Below are positions 1 to 11,194 of a DNA stretch of 64,000 bases, piece after piece. Origin of the DNA: a virus. The notes below the pieces were generated by a model that ran no database searches, had not been told where the DNA came from, and saw only the letters and a program-made list of their open reading frames with translations. The position numbers and the translations under genes were made by a program. Within the stretch, counting starts at the first letter, position 1. Each line of letters opens with the position of its first letter. The stretch is taken from IMG/VR virus record IMGVR_UViG_3300032236_001391, positions 3,522 through 67,521 of that record. One strand, 5' to 3'.

Positions 1-591
1 TATACTGGCATTGCAGCATTAGAACAAGAAGCCGCTAAAGTTAGAGGAGGAGATATTTTAGTTCAAGACATAGCTAAAGCATCTGCAGCAGATAAATATG
101 CACAAACAATGGAGAAATTAGAAGATATTTTAGCAAATATATTAGCTCACTCAACGGCTTTGAAAGTAGCATTTGTTGCCTTAGCTGCTGTGGCTGCAGG
201 AATCGCAGCTTCTATGGTAGCCGCAGCGGTTGCGTCTATAATTGCAACAGGAGGAGTATCAGCTCTAACGGCGGGTATTGGAATCGGTGCATTGACTTTA
301 GCTGCAGGTGGGGCTGCTATGTACGCAGTAAGCGATTCAGTCATATCTCCCTCAGGTCAAGTGATGATATCTACACCAAAAGGTGGAATTATCCCAGATA
401 AAAACGATTCTATTATAACAACAACTAATCCTCAAGGATTATTAAACGGTGGAAATAACAACGATGGAATGGCATCGGTTGCTCAAGAAATAAAGAATTT
501 ACACCAAACAATTAGTAGAGGTGGTAATGTCTATATTGATTCAGTTAGATCGGGTATGGCGTATGGTATGAGTTATAATTCTTATGCATAA
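1..591 (+). CDS. Tail tape-measure-like protein, C-terminal part (5' truncated)
   Basis: Frame is open from base 1; Ala/Gly-rich amphipathic segment; lies directly upstream of baseplate-like genes. Confidence 0.6.
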   Translation, partial: YTGIAALEQEAAKVRGGDILVQDIAKASAADKYAQTMEKLEDILANILAHSTALKVAFVALAAVAAGIAASMVAAAVASIIATGGVSALTAGIGIGALTLAAGGAAMYAVSDSVISPSGQVMISTPKGGIIPDKNDSIITTTNPQGLLNGGNNNDGMASVAQEIKNLHQTISRGGNVYIDSVRSGMAYGMSYNSYA

Positions 592-613
592 TCTATTTAT
601 ATAAAACGAGAAA

Positions 614-2401
614 ATGCCCACATTAGCGGATTTAGCAAATAATTTACCAAATTATCAGTATTATAGCGGAATAGGAAACTTTAATGCTAATAAATTACCG
701 GCAGATAGCGGGCAATTTATAGTTAAAAAGCCTGGTGAGAAATGGAATTTAGGTGTATCGGATACCCTAACTCCATTTGGTATTGTTACAACTGTTAATA
801 GAACACTATCTGATGTTAGTCGTATAAGCCAATTTATGTATACGACTCCTCAAGGTGTAATGTTTTTAGCTAAACAAACCGGTTTACAGCTGACTAATCC
901 TGAATTAGAACATGATGGCGAGGCCTTGCCTACTAATAAACCCCAAACAGGACAAGGGTTTTTTGGAAATGTGTCTAACTCAATTTCTAATTTTGCTAAT
1001 AAAGCAAGTAATGATTATGGCCCAACAAGAATTTATAATCCGTTAGGAACGAATACACTTGCTGAAGTTGGTGTTGTTGCTTCTGGTATAAGATTCACAA
1101 AACACGGATTGGTTCCCGACTTGAATACTAATAAAAATGCGTATAGTGATTATATCCTTAAAAAGGACAAAGATAGTAACAATAGATTATCCGGTCTTAT
1201 AAAAAAAGTATCAGATCCTAATTTTACAAATGGTATTCTAATTTCTTATAAAGGAGGACCCGGTTCTGCATTTGGTATAGGAAATACAAATATCAAAAAA
1301 GCAAATACAAATGATAGACCATCTGCGATGATTTTGACTTCAGTGGATGATGGTCGTGGTGAATATTATTCGTCAATACCATTTAATAGTATTATTAATA
1401 TTAAAGATTCTATACTAACAATAGATAAGAAAAATTATGATATAGGTAATAATCGAGATTTTAGAAAAATAAAAAAAGATAATACGCCATTTGGTTATTC
1501 GTTAACTTTACCATCATCCGATTATCAAAAACTTAACCTAGAAACAAGAATAGGTATAGCAAGATCAAGAACAAGATTGGAAAATCAAACGGCTAAAGGT
1601 GATTATTCTGTAGACATATCAGGATCATCTGATCATTTGAATAGAATAAGTTTATTTTATGCTGAAAATGTAGATGCTGAAAATGTATCCAACCAATTAG
1701 ATATTAATAATGAAGTAATAGGAAAAAGAAATGATTTAATAAAATTCCGTATTAAATCATATGATAATAATTCTAATAGTACGGGTGGAGTATATATGAT
1801 ATTTAGAGCATATTTAAGTAATATAAAGAGATCCATGAATGCTAAATGGAATCCTTACAATTATGTCGGTAGAGGTGAAAGTTTTTATTTATATGATGGA
1901 TTTACAGAATCCATATCTTTTCAATTCACTATTATGGCATCAAGTAGAGGCGAGATGAAACCTTTATATCAAAAGTTGAATTACTTAATGTCTACTTTAG
2001 CACCTGATTATAATTCGAATAACAGAATGAGAGGAAATATATCTGAGTTAACTATTGGTGATTTTGTTAAATATCAACCCGGAATTATAACCAATTTAGA
2101 TATAGCAATAGACGAAGATACCAATTGGGAGATCGCATTATCAGAACCATTAGGTACAGAGCAAAGAGATGCGGATATGCACGAATTACCACATATGCTT
2201 AAATGCAGCATGACATTTATTCCTATTTATAATTTCTTACCAAGAAAATCTTCAGAAGCACCATTTATAGGTATCAATGATAATGAAAATAAAGGAAAAG
2301 GAAAAGACTGGACTAAGCATGATACCGGTAAAAAAACTTCTAATAATGATCCTATATATGCCGGAAATGATACGGATTTAAAAAATCTTACATCTAAATA
2401 A
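614..2401 (+). CDS. Putative baseplate/tail-tube-initiator structural protein
   Basis: C-terminal 'W.pynYvGRgE.fY.Y.gf.esIsf.F' pattern of contractile-tail tube initiator proteins; position after tape measure. Confidence 0.55.
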   Translation: MPTLADLANNLPNYQYYSGIGNFNANKLPADSGQFIVKKPGEKWNLGVSDTLTPFGIVTTVNRTLSDVSRISQFMYTTPQGVMFLAKQTGLQLTNPELEHDGEALPTNKPQTGQGFFGNVSNSISNFANKASNDYGPTRIYNPLGTNTLAEVGVVASGIRFTKHGLVPDLNTNKNAYSDYILKKDKDSNNRLSGLIKKVSDPNFTNGILISYKGGPGSAFGIGNTNIKKANTNDRPSAMILTSVDDGRGEYYSSIPFNSIINIKDSILTIDKKNYDIGNNRDFRKIKKDNTPFGYSLTLPSSDYQKLNLETRIGIARSRTRLENQTAKGDYSVDISGSSDHLNRISLFYAENVDAENVSNQLDINNEVIGKRNDLIKFRIKSYDNNSNSTGGVYMIFRAYLSNIKRSMNAKWNPYNYVGRGESFYLYDGFTESISFQFTIMASSRGEMKPLYQKLNYLMSTLAPDYNSNNRMRGNISELTIGDFVKYQPGIITNLDIAIDEDTNWEIALSEPLGTEQRDADMHELPHMLKCSMTFIPIYNFLPRKSSEAPFIGINDNENKGKGKDWTKHDTGKKTSNNDPIYAGNDTDLKNLTSK

Positions 2402-2403
2402 AA

Positions 2404-2703
2404 ATGAGATACGATAATATAAAAGTTCTAACTGATTCTGATACTAAAATAAAATATTTAAGGGGCGTAAAATACCCTTCAATAGATTATGATAATAATG
2501 ATATTTACGTTATAACTAATATTGGTGATAGATTAGATTTATTAGCCAATGAATATTACGGAAATATAGATTTCTATTGGATGATATTAGTCGCCAATAA
2601 TTTGCCAGGAGATAGTATATTTGTGGCTCCAAATTTACAATTGAGGATTCCGGTTAATACCACCAAGATATTGCAGGATTTCGATTTATTAAATGAAATA
2701 TAA
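2404..2703 (+). CDS. LysM/tail-X-like baseplate wedge protein
   Basis: GDRLDLLANEYYG..YWMILVANNL...LRIP motif. Confidence 0.75.
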   Translation: MRYDNIKVLTDSDTKIKYLRGVKYPSIDYDNNDIYVITNIGDRLDLLANEYYGNIDFYWMILVANNLPGDSIFVAPNLQLRIPVNTTKILQDFDLLNEI

Positions 2704-2716
2704 AAGTTACATATAG

Positions 2717-5700
2717 ATGTCCATATTTAAATCCTCATTTAAACCTTTTGTTAGAAATCAAATAACAGCTAGGCAAGATTTAGTTAATTCTAGAGGAACT
2801 AGACCCCTAGATTTACAAAAATACGTCTCAGCTAAATCTCCATGGGTTAAAATGACTTCTTTTGTTGATTACGCTAACCCTAAAAAAAATGGTAATCCCG
2901 ATTCTACATTAGCACAAAAATATATCTTATGTGGAGGAACATTATATCCAGATTGGAACGATCCTGATAAAATACAATATACATTGAGATCTGGTATTAA
3001 CGCTAAAGGATCTGCATATGGAACCGATTTAGGATACGCAGGACATGATAAAACACCAAAAAACGGTCAACAATACGGTATAAGACCAATGCCGGGAATT
3101 AGTGACGTTGACATAAAATCTAAAAGTGCTTACGGATCATTGAGAGAAGCCGTCGTAAAGTTTTATGCCTGGGATGTCAATCAGTTAGAAGACTTATTGA
3201 TTCTTTTTATGAGGCCGGGATATCAAGTACTATTAGAATGGGGTTGGTCGATGTACATCGATTCGGAAAATAAAGGAAATATAAAATCTTTTGATGGAAA
3301 TACAATAAACTGTTTTAGAGATAATATTACACAAGATTTCATATACGATAAAATAGAAGAATTACAAAAAAAGTATTCGGGTAACTATGAAGCTATGCTA
3401 GGTGTGATACGAAATTACGAAACTTCTGTATTGCCAAATGGCGGATTTGAGTGCGCAGTTACACTAATCAGTATCGGAGATGTTATAGATAGTCTAAGAA
3501 TGAATACTGAAAATGGTCAGATAAATAATTCAACAGACGAATCTAAGAAATTGCAGGATGAATTCGAGATATATCTAAGATCTTTCTGTCAATCTGCAGA
3601 TTCATTAGATTATATAATGCAACCTTTTATTAAAGAGATTAGACAAAGCGCGGAAGACATTAATATTTATCATTCTAATGAAAAACAAAAAAATATTAAA
3701 ATTGATACTAATATTTATATCAGCGATTTAAGTTCTGATATTTCTACTAATATTAAGGCTCCTGTAACCGGAAATAATAACGGATCAACTTTAAACGAAA
3801 ATACAGATATGCCCGGTGATGCGGCATATTCATATTATATGCAATTTGCATATTTTATTCATTTCTTGAATAGCCAAAAAAATTTATATTTTAATGATAA
3901 GGATAAATTATTAAATTTAGAAATACCTTTACCTTATTCTTCTAGTTTAAATGAACCTGTAACCAAAAAAAATTTTGGAAATGGATTGTGCTTAGGCTCT
4001 TATGATTCTGTTACTATAGATAATACATGCTGTTTAATACAGAATCCAAATTCTAAAGTATTATCAAAGAATGGATTTGTACATCCGTATTTATATAATA
4101 CGTCTATCAACATTACGATAAATAATACTGTACCGATTGCTCCTGCAATCCCTGTAAATTCATTTTCAAATGGTTTTTTGCCACCCAATATATCAACTAA
4201 TCCTGTACCACATATACTAGCTAATGCTACTATGAATGATTATCTATACGAAGATACTAATCTAGGAATAATAGGTAATGTATATGTCAATATAGGTAAG
4301 ATGATTGATTTGTATAAAAGCGAAATACAAAATAATAATGGATTTGCATATCTTGGTAAATTTATTAAAAGAATATTAAAAGATATTCAATTTACTCTAG
4401 GCTCTATAAATGATTTTGATATATCTGTTCAAGAAAATAGAATGATTATCATAGATAAACATTATGTGGAACCCCCATCAGATACAAGAAAAGAAGAAAA
4501 ATTTCAGATAAACATTTTAGGAACCGATAGTATTGTTAGAAATGAAAAAATAATTTCAAAAATATTTCCTTCTCAAGCTACTATAATAGCAATAGCGGCT
4601 CAGAGCAGAGAAAATGTTGCATCATTACAAAGTTCTACATATACACAGATGAATGCCGGACTTAGAAATAGATTATTATCTTCATCCGATTTATCTTCTT
4701 ATGCAAACGAGATATCTGATTTGCAAAAAGAAAAAGACAAAATCTTTAATAATAATATGGTATCTTTAGTTGAATATATAAATGATACTGTATTGAAAGG
4801 ATCAATTATAATAAATAAAAAACCTAATTTATCTGCTATTAATACGTTTTTAAATAATTTTTTAGTTAAATATGATAATGCAACAAACTATAGAGCCATT
4901 GTTCCAGTTTCATTGGATATAACAATAGACGGAATAAGCGGAATAACAATAGGAGAAATATTTAGAATAAACAACGATATACTACCAAGAGAATACGGCG
5001 ATAAAGGAATAGGTTTTATAGTTACAAGAATTTCTCATAAAATAACAAGACCCGATTGGACAACAACATTGGAAACACAATTTTGTTTATTGGATCAGGA
5101 TGTTAGACAAAGTGAATTGTATAAAAATCAAATTGAAGCAAAAAACAAAATAAATGAAACTATAAATAAAAATAAGAAGGATTTAAGAGCAGCAATAGCT
5201 TTGTATAATTTACTAGCAAGTTATTTTGTCGATTTAGTATCAGCTAGATATAAAATTGCTTTTGATTCATTTAGTAAAGGTTCTTTTATAATAACTTATA
5301 AAGAAAGCTCTTCAAAAAAACATCTAAAAGCTAGATTAGACGAGAGAGATCTAAATTTTGATGGTGAAAATGTAACAGTAGAAAGTTTTTTAAAAGAAGT
5401 TGCTTTACAGAGTGAAAAATCATATTCCGTCTCTCCAGTATTAGCAGTCGATTTATATAATACCAGACCTTATAAAGAGAATGGAACATTATTCTTTCAG
5501 GATAGAAAAATAATAGTTTCAAGTACGGATATAGAAATATTACAATCTACTAAGTTTTATAAACAGATGGCAGAATTATCAAGTGACATTAAAAAAACAT
5601 TTGATACAAATTTAAATGAAATAAAAAATCAAAATAAGACAATATTTCCTTTAATAAACTCAGATTTATCTATCACTGAATATGGACAGTTAAATATAAT

Positions 5701-5728
5701 ATATTTTTCAAATTTAATATCTTTTTAA
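2717..5728 (+). CDS. Putative baseplate hub protein
   Basis: 1003 aa; 'MRPGYQVLLEWGW' and 'LDITIDGISGITIGEIF...FIVTRISHKI...WTTTLE' hub-like motifs; synteny. Confidence 0.55.
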   Translation: MSIFKSSFKPFVRNQITARQDLVNSRGTRPLDLQKYVSAKSPWVKMTSFVDYANPKKNGNPDSTLAQKYILCGGTLYPDWNDPDKIQYTLRSGINAKGSAYGTDLGYAGHDKTPKNGQQYGIRPMPGISDVDIKSKSAYGSLREAVVKFYAWDVNQLEDLLILFMRPGYQVLLEWGWSMYIDSENKGNIKSFDGNTINCFRDNITQDFIYDKIEELQKKYSGNYEAMLGVIRNYETSVLPNGGFECAVTLISIGDVIDSLRMNTENGQINNSTDESKKLQDEFEIYLRSFCQSADSLDYIMQPFIKEIRQSAEDINIYHSNEKQKNIKIDTNIYISDLSSDISTNIKAPVTGNNNGSTLNENTDMPGDAAYSYYMQFAYFIHFLNSQKNLYFNDKDKLLNLEIPLPYSSSLNEPVTKKNFGNGLCLGSYDSVTIDNTCCLIQNPNSKVLSKNGFVHPYLYNTSINITINNTVPIAPAIPVNSFSNGFLPPNISTNPVPHILANATMNDYLYEDTNLGIIGNVYVNIGKMIDLYKSEIQNNNGFAYLGKFIKRILKDIQFTLGSINDFDISVQENRMIIIDKHYVEPPSDTRKEEKFQINILGTDSIVRNEKIISKIFPSQATIIAIAAQSRENVASLQSSTYTQMNAGLRNRLLSSSDLSSYANEISDLQKEKDKIFNNNMVSLVEYINDTVLKGSIIINKKPNLSAINTFLNNFLVKYDNATNYRAIVPVSLDITIDGISGITIGEIFRINNDILPREYGDKGIGFIVTRISHKITRPDWTTTLETQFCLLDQDVRQSELYKNQIEAKNKINETINKNKKDLRAAIALYNLLASYFVDLVSARYKIAFDSFSKGSFIITYKESSSKKHLKARLDERDLNFDGENVTVESFLKEVALQSEKSYSVSPVLAVDLYNTRPYKENGTLFFQDRKIIVSSTDIEILQSTKFYKQMAELSSDIKKTFDTNLNEIKNQNKTIFPLINSDLSITEYGQLNIIYFSNLISF

Positions 5729-5758
5729 TAATCTATGTTCAAAAATGAATAATGAATA

Positions 5759-6280
5759 ATGTACTACCCAAAATCAGAAATAACTCCTAACTTATCAACA
5801 AACGGAACAGAATTTGTTTACGTGAGTACAGGAAAACTGTATAAGGGGCCATATTATGCCACATCCGATGGTAAATTCTATACTGGTGCCGAATACAGCC
5901 CCAACGCACAAGAAATAATTAAATCTTCTATAAAAAGCGTATCAAAATCATCTACGCCTATTAATTTTATACCTCAACCCTCATCTACCGATTACAATAA
6001 TGGATTTTTTATCCGTTATGTAATAAAAAGAGTAAATAGTGGCATAGAAACTATAAAAGAAATAAATGAAACCGATTATTATACCATAATTAGAAATCCT
6101 CTCTATAACGCTACACAGTTTAAATGGAAGTTAACGGGACCATTATACGATGATTTATCCAATCCTAACATGCCTGTTTATGGAATAATAGATACAAATG
6201 AAAGAACGCTACAACAACAAGAGTATATTATCCCGGGTATTTCAAAATTTTTTGTAAACTTGGCTCAGTATTCTAAATAA
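5759..6280 (+). CDS. Hypothetical virion-module protein
   Basis: 173 aa ORF ending the structural run. Confidence 0.45.
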   Translation: MYYPKSEITPNLSTNGTEFVYVSTGKLYKGPYYATSDGKFYTGAEYSPNAQEIIKSSIKSVSKSSTPINFIPQPSSTDYNNGFFIRYVIKRVNSGIETIKEINETDYYTIIRNPLYNATQFKWKLTGPLYDDLSNPNMPVYGIIDTNERTLQQQEYIIPGISKFFVNLAQYSK

Positions 6281-6311
6281 TTGTATATTTTTGTAGCTAA
6301 AGGTTATAAAA

Positions 6312-7649
6312 GTGTATTACATCATTGAAAATAAAGATCAATTATCTAAATTCTCTCAATACGATCTCTCTAATTGTTTTGTTGATATTATAATGATGAA
6401 TGACGAATATCATCCTGTATTATCAAAACCCTCTCTGATATACATCAAACCATTTAGATCGAGATCCGGCTTTATACTGTCTATAGATCATTCAGAAACC
6501 TTTAAACTACATCTAGAAGACGTAATATCTTTATTACGCGATAAGATAGGCCAAATTTATGCAGTAGATGCCAAACGACTAAGATACTTCCTTAATAGAG
6601 ATAACGCCTTATTCTGCCTTAAAACAGCCAAATATTTGCATTCTGGGGAAATAATCGACGAATCGTCGTATAATACCGCAGCACATAGGTTTTTTTACGG
6701 TAAATATGAAAGCAAATGTGATATAAACAGGATAATCCCTGTCGCAAAGCATTATGAGAAGATGGAAAACCTAATTTTGGATTATAAATTCAACCAGAGT
6801 TGGTTTAATCCTAAATATTATAAGCTTTATGGTTCCATGGCAATGAATGTGTATAGAAAAATCGAATCTGCTGGTATAAAGGTAGATAATGTCGTGTTTT
6901 TCAGTCATTATAAGCCAAAATGTAACTTAATGTCGCTTAAAAACGACATTATTTATACTCATTATAACATATATACCTCTACCGGAAGACCTTCAAATGC
7001 ATTTAATGGTATAAATTTTAGTGCTATGAAGAAAAACGATGGTAGCAGAATGTCTTTTATAGCTAAAAACGATATTCTGGTTGAATTTGACTATTCATCG
7101 TATCATTTGAGAATACTTACTAACCTTATTGGGTATGAATTTGAAGATAAAGACATTCATACACACCTTGGAAAGCTATATTTTGAGAAAAATGATATAT
7201 CACCGGAAGAATATATCGAAAGTAAGTCACTTACATTCAAACTTTTATATACAGATTCATTTTCAGAAGAATTAATACATATTCCATTTTTTAAAAAGGT
7301 TAGAGATTTCAAAAACGAATTATGGGAAAAATATAAAAAATACGGTTATATAGAAAGTTTTATATCAAAAAGACCTATAAGAAATTTAGAGTCTAAAACT
7401 CAGTTATTACCGTATATTCTGCAAAATTATGAAACAGAAAGGAATATAATGGTCATGCATGAACTGTTAAATTTCTTAGAAAATAAAAAAACTAAAATTA
7501 TTTTATATAATTATGATTCTTTTTTATTAGATTTGCATAAAGGCGACGGTAAAGATATTCTGGAGCAAATAAGTTTGATATTAGAGCAGGACGGTTATTA
7601 CACTTCTGTTAGTTTTGGTAAGAATTACCAAGACATGAAAAAAATTTAA
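6312..7649 (+). CDS. Family A DNA polymerase-like protein (compact)
   Basis: TSTGRPS, motif A VEFDYSSYHLRIL, DIHT, motif B K..TF..LY, motif C-like YNYDSFL. Confidence 0.75.
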   Translation: MYYIIENKDQLSKFSQYDLSNCFVDIIMMNDEYHPVLSKPSLIYIKPFRSRSGFILSIDHSETFKLHLEDVISLLRDKIGQIYAVDAKRLRYFLNRDNALFCLKTAKYLHSGEIIDESSYNTAAHRFFYGKYESKCDINRIIPVAKHYEKMENLILDYKFNQSWFNPKYYKLYGSMAMNVYRKIESAGIKVDNVVFFSHYKPKCNLMSLKNDIIYTHYNIYTSTGRPSNAFNGINFSAMKKNDGSRMSFIAKNDILVEFDYSSYHLRILTNLIGYEFEDKDIHTHLGKLYFEKNDISPEEYIESKSLTFKLLYTDSFSEELIHIPFFKKVRDFKNELWEKYKKYGYIESFISKRPIRNLESKTQLLPYILQNYETERNIMVMHELLNFLENKKTKIILYNYDSFLLDLHKGDGKDILEQISLILEQDGYYTSVSFGKNYQDMKKI

Positions 7650-7677
7650 TTTTATATTAACAATCAGATATTTATAT

Positions 7678-8109
7678 ATGTTATTAAATGAATTATTAGA
7701 AATTACGGAAGACCAATTGAATAAGTTATTTTGTACATTCACAAAAAAAGAAGAGTTAGATTATACCATAACGGATATTAGATCGAAGTACAATATATTA
7801 TATTCGAAAGTATTTGTTTTAGAAATATCTGAAGGAGAAGAATTTGTGTGCACATATAACATCGACAGCGAAAATATCAATAAAAACACTCTTCTTCCTA
7901 ATACTATCCTAATGCATAGAAGAAAAGAGACTAATACTCTATATACCATAAATTCTCTCAATTCGCTGGTTTCAAAGTTAAATAATGGTGTTATGGACAA
8001 AAATTACAAAATAAATTGGATAGATTATAAAAATTCTATACTTTTAACCCGCAGCGGAGATTTTTGCAAATTAGATACTAAAATCCACGATATTTTAGTT
8101 TTTAACTAA
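7678..8109 (+). CDS. Hypothetical protein
   Basis: 143 aa ORF preceded by TATTTAT motif. Confidence 0.5.
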   Translation: MLLNELLEITEDQLNKLFCTFTKKEELDYTITDIRSKYNILYSKVFVLEISEGEEFVCTYNIDSENINKNTLLPNTILMHRRKETNTLYTINSLNSLVSKLNNGVMDKNYKINWIDYKNSILLTRSGDFCKLDTKIHDILVFN

Positions 8110-8115
8110 AATTAT

Positions 8116-8146
8116 TTTGCAGATTTGATTTTAATTAATAGTTTTG
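8116..8146 (+). promoter_or_regulatory. Bacteroidota-type primary sigma promoter upstream of SSB
   Basis: TTTG (8116-8119), 19-nt spacer, TAGTTTTG (8139-8146). Confidence 0.6.
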
Positions 8147-8171
8147 TTTTTTAAATTTTAAAAATACAGTT

Positions 8172-9026
8172 ATGTCAAACATTGATTTAATTAAGCAGAG
8201 ACTGACTAAGCTTCAGTCAAAAACCTCAGGAAATTTTGAAAAAGTTGATTACACGACCCTTTTTTGGAAACCCAAATTAGGAAAATCAGTTGTTAGGATC
8301 GTTCCTCGCAAAGCAAACAAAGATTATCCATTTGCTGAAGTTGATTTTCACCAATACAATGTGTTCAAAAAAAGTGTTTACACACTATCAAATTTCGGAG
8401 AGAAAGATCCCGTAGAACAATTTGTAAAAGAACTTTACAATGAAAACAACGAGGAAAGTAAAGAATTGGCTCGTAAAATTAAGCCTCGTAAGAAATATTA
8501 CTGCAATGTGCTGGTAAGAGGCGAAGAAGGCTTAGGTGTTCGTATTTGGGAGTTCAATAAAACCACATATGAAAAATTATTGAGTATTATGGCCGATGAC
8601 GATTTCGGTGATGTTGCTGATATAAATTCAGGAACCGATCTTACAATCGAAGGTTATAACGATTCTATTAAAATCGGTAAAAGAGATGTAAACTATATCG
8701 CAGTTAATGTTACACCTAAACGTAACTTATCTGTTTTATCGGATAACGCTGAGTTAGTTAAGTCTTATTTAGAAAATCAAAAAGACATCTTGGATGTTTA
8801 TAAAAGATATTCTTACGATGAGATTAAAACAATGCTTAAAGAATATTTAAATCCTACTGATACTACAGAAGAAGCATCTGATTCAGTTGCGAGCGATTCT
8901 ATTAGCCCGGACGAAGAATCATCTGAAGAAGCTCCGGCAAAAACTTACACTCCGGAAGTTTCTAAAAAAACAGCACCTAAATCATCATCTTCTAAATTCG
9001 ATGAAATATTTGAAGGAGAAGACTAA
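8172..9026 (+). CDS. Single-stranded DNA-binding protein, T4 gp32-like
   Basis: FWKP...VRIVP, DPV, YYCNVLVR, D..sGtDl motifs; acidic C-terminal tail; next to recombinase. Confidence 0.8.
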   Translation: MSNIDLIKQRLTKLQSKTSGNFEKVDYTTLFWKPKLGKSVVRIVPRKANKDYPFAEVDFHQYNVFKKSVYTLSNFGEKDPVEQFVKELYNENNEESKELARKIKPRKKYYCNVLVRGEEGLGVRIWEFNKTTYEKLLSIMADDDFGDVADINSGTDLTIEGYNDSIKIGKRDVNYIAVNVTPKRNLSVLSDNAELVKSYLENQKDILDVYKRYSYDEIKTMLKEYLNPTDTTEEASDSVASDSISPDEESSEEAPAKTYTPEVSKKTAPKSSSSKFDEIFEGED

Positions 9027-9038
9027 TAAATAAAATAT

Positions 9039-10130
9039 ATGAGTCAAGACGAAATAAAACCCCTTAAGAAAAATATTAAGGAGGCGGTAAACAGCGCCAT
9101 AAACAAAAACAAAATAGGCTTTGATCTAGCGAAATTTAAAGAGACAAAGAACCTTACTACCGATGGAATGAAACCGCAAACCTGGATTAAAGTATCGGAT
9201 GCTTTTACATCCGCTACAGGATTGCCTGGTATTCCGGAAGGACAAGTTACAATCATTAGAGGTCACTCTGATACTGGTAAATCTGCTTTAGGAATTGAAG
9301 CAGTAGTTTCAGCTCAAAAAGCAGGTAAACTCCCAGTATTGATTATAACTGAAATGAAGTTTTCATGGGAACATGCTAGAATAATGGGATTGGATTTTGA
9401 AGAAGTTCCTGATCCAAACACAGGTGAAGTTAGGTATGAAGGACATTTCATTTATGCGGATATCGATAAGGTTGGAACAATTGAACAAGTAGCTGCATTT
9501 ATGGCTGATTTGATGGATGAGCAAGCAAAAGGTAAATTGCCATTTGATTTGGTTTTCTTCTGGGATTGTGCAGGAACTATTCCTTGTCAGCAATCTATTG
9601 ATTCCAAATCACAAAACAACGAGTGGGCAGCTGCAGCAATGAGCAGGAACTTCGGTAATTATATCGATCAAAAGATTATCACTTCTCGTAAAATCAATAG
9701 ACAATTTATAAACACATTTATTGTTGTTAATAAAATTTGGGTGGATAAACCAGCAACATATGGTGCATTGCCTACAGTCAAATCTAAAGGTGGTAATGCT
9801 TTATATTCTGATGCAGCATTAGTTATTTTGTTCGGTAATGTGACTAATTCAGGTACATCTAAAATCAAAGCGCAAAAAAATGGTAAAGAAATAGAATTTG
9901 CGAAAAGAACTAGAGTATCAATTGAAAAAAATCATATTGATGGTGTTACAGCATCCGCTAAGATTATCATTACTCCCCATGGTTTTATATTAGACGAGAA
10001 AAAATACATCGATCGTTATAAGAAAGAACATGCAAATGAGTGGTTATCTATTTTAGGTGTAACAGATTTTGATCTAGTTGAAGAAGAAGATAAGCAAGAA
10101 AATATTAACGACATACAAGGTGAAGACTAA
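9039..10130 (+). CDS. uvsX: RecA/UvsX-like recombinase
   Basis: Walker A GHSDTGKS, Walker B FFWD, KGGNAL and EKNHI motifs. Confidence 0.8.
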   Translation: MSQDEIKPLKKNIKEAVNSAINKNKIGFDLAKFKETKNLTTDGMKPQTWIKVSDAFTSATGLPGIPEGQVTIIRGHSDTGKSALGIEAVVSAQKAGKLPVLIITEMKFSWEHARIMGLDFEEVPDPNTGEVRYEGHFIYADIDKVGTIEQVAAFMADLMDEQAKGKLPFDLVFFWDCAGTIPCQQSIDSKSQNNEWAAAAMSRNFGNYIDQKIITSRKINRQFINTFIVVNKIWVDKPATYGALPTVKSKGGNALYSDAALVILFGNVTNSGTSKIKAQKNGKEIEFAKRTRVSIEKNHIDGVTASAKIIITPHGFILDEKKYIDRYKKEHANEWLSILGVTDFDLVEEEDKQENINDIQGED

Positions 10131-10133
10131 ATA

Positions 10134-11192
10134 ATGAATAAAGAAAGATTATTAGATATATTTTCTCGCATAAATAAAGAAGATAACGAAGATGTTTTTC
10201 GTATACCGGATAATTTCCATTTTAATAGTAGAATTTTATTAATAGACGGCATGAATACCTTTTTAAGAGGATTCTCGGTTGTTAACAAAATGAATTTACT
10301 TGGAAATGAAATAGGAGGTATAGTTGGATTTCTTCGATCGATAGGACATGCTATCAAATTATTATCGCCGACTCGCGTCATCATCGTTTTCGATGGTGAA
10401 GCGGGATCGACTAATCGAAAATATCTTTATAATGATTATAAGTCTAATAGAGATACTGGTAATATAATGAATCGTTTATCTTTTAATACAAAAGAAGAAG
10501 AGGATGATTCTAAATATAATCAGTTAGAACGTTTGATTGATTATCTTTCTTTTTTGCCTGTAACTTTAATTTCTATTGATAAATTAGAAGCAGATGATAT
10601 TATTGGATACCTATCACAATACATTTATAAAGAGCATTTAGATAGTGAACAATACATTATGTCATCTGATAAAGATTTTTTACAGTTAGTAAATGATAGA
10701 ATAAAAGCTTATAGTCCTATTAAGAAAAAGATTTATCATGTTGAAGATGTAATCGATGAATTTGAAATACATCCTAATAATTTTCTTCTGTTTAAGACAC
10801 TAACCGGAGATAGCTCCGATAATATTCCTGGCGTATCAGGATTTGGTAAATTGAATACACCTAAGTTATTTGAATTCATGAAACATGAAGAGACAAAGGA
10901 TTTAAATACTATCTATGAAATATGCGAAAATCCTCCTAAGAAATCGGTTTTATATGAAAGAATCTTGAATACTAAAAGAGATGTTGAAATCTTCTACAAA
11001 ATAATGAATCTCAAAAATCCTAACATATCAGAAGAAGATGAATTGGATATACAAGAGTATTTCAAAAAAAGCCACCCCGAATTAAAGAAAATGGATTTTA
11101 TAAAATTATATCACCATGATAAGATGGGTGATGCTATATCTTATCTTGAGACATGGATAAATACATTTTCAACGTTGAATAGTTATAAGTAA
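10134..11192 (+). CDS. 5'-3' exonuclease / T4 RNase H-like (FEN family)
   Basis: LIDGMN, VFDG, YKSNR, EADDIIG, SSDKDFLQL, GDSSDNIPGV motifs. Confidence 0.9.
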   Translation: MNKERLLDIFSRINKEDNEDVFRIPDNFHFNSRILLIDGMNTFLRGFSVVNKMNLLGNEIGGIVGFLRSIGHAIKLLSPTRVIIVFDGEAGSTNRKYLYNDYKSNRDTGNIMNRLSFNTKEEEDDSKYNQLERLIDYLSFLPVTLISIDKLEADDIIGYLSQYIYKEHLDSEQYIMSSDKDFLQLVNDRIKAYSPIKKKIYHVEDVIDEFEIHPNNFLLFKTLTGDSSDNIPGVSGFGKLNTPKLFEFMKHEETKDLNTIYEICENPPKKSVLYERILNTKRDVEIFYKIMNLKNPNISEEDELDIQEYFKKSHPELKKMDFIKLYHHDKMGDAISYLETWINTFSTLNSYK

Positions 11193-11194
11193 CT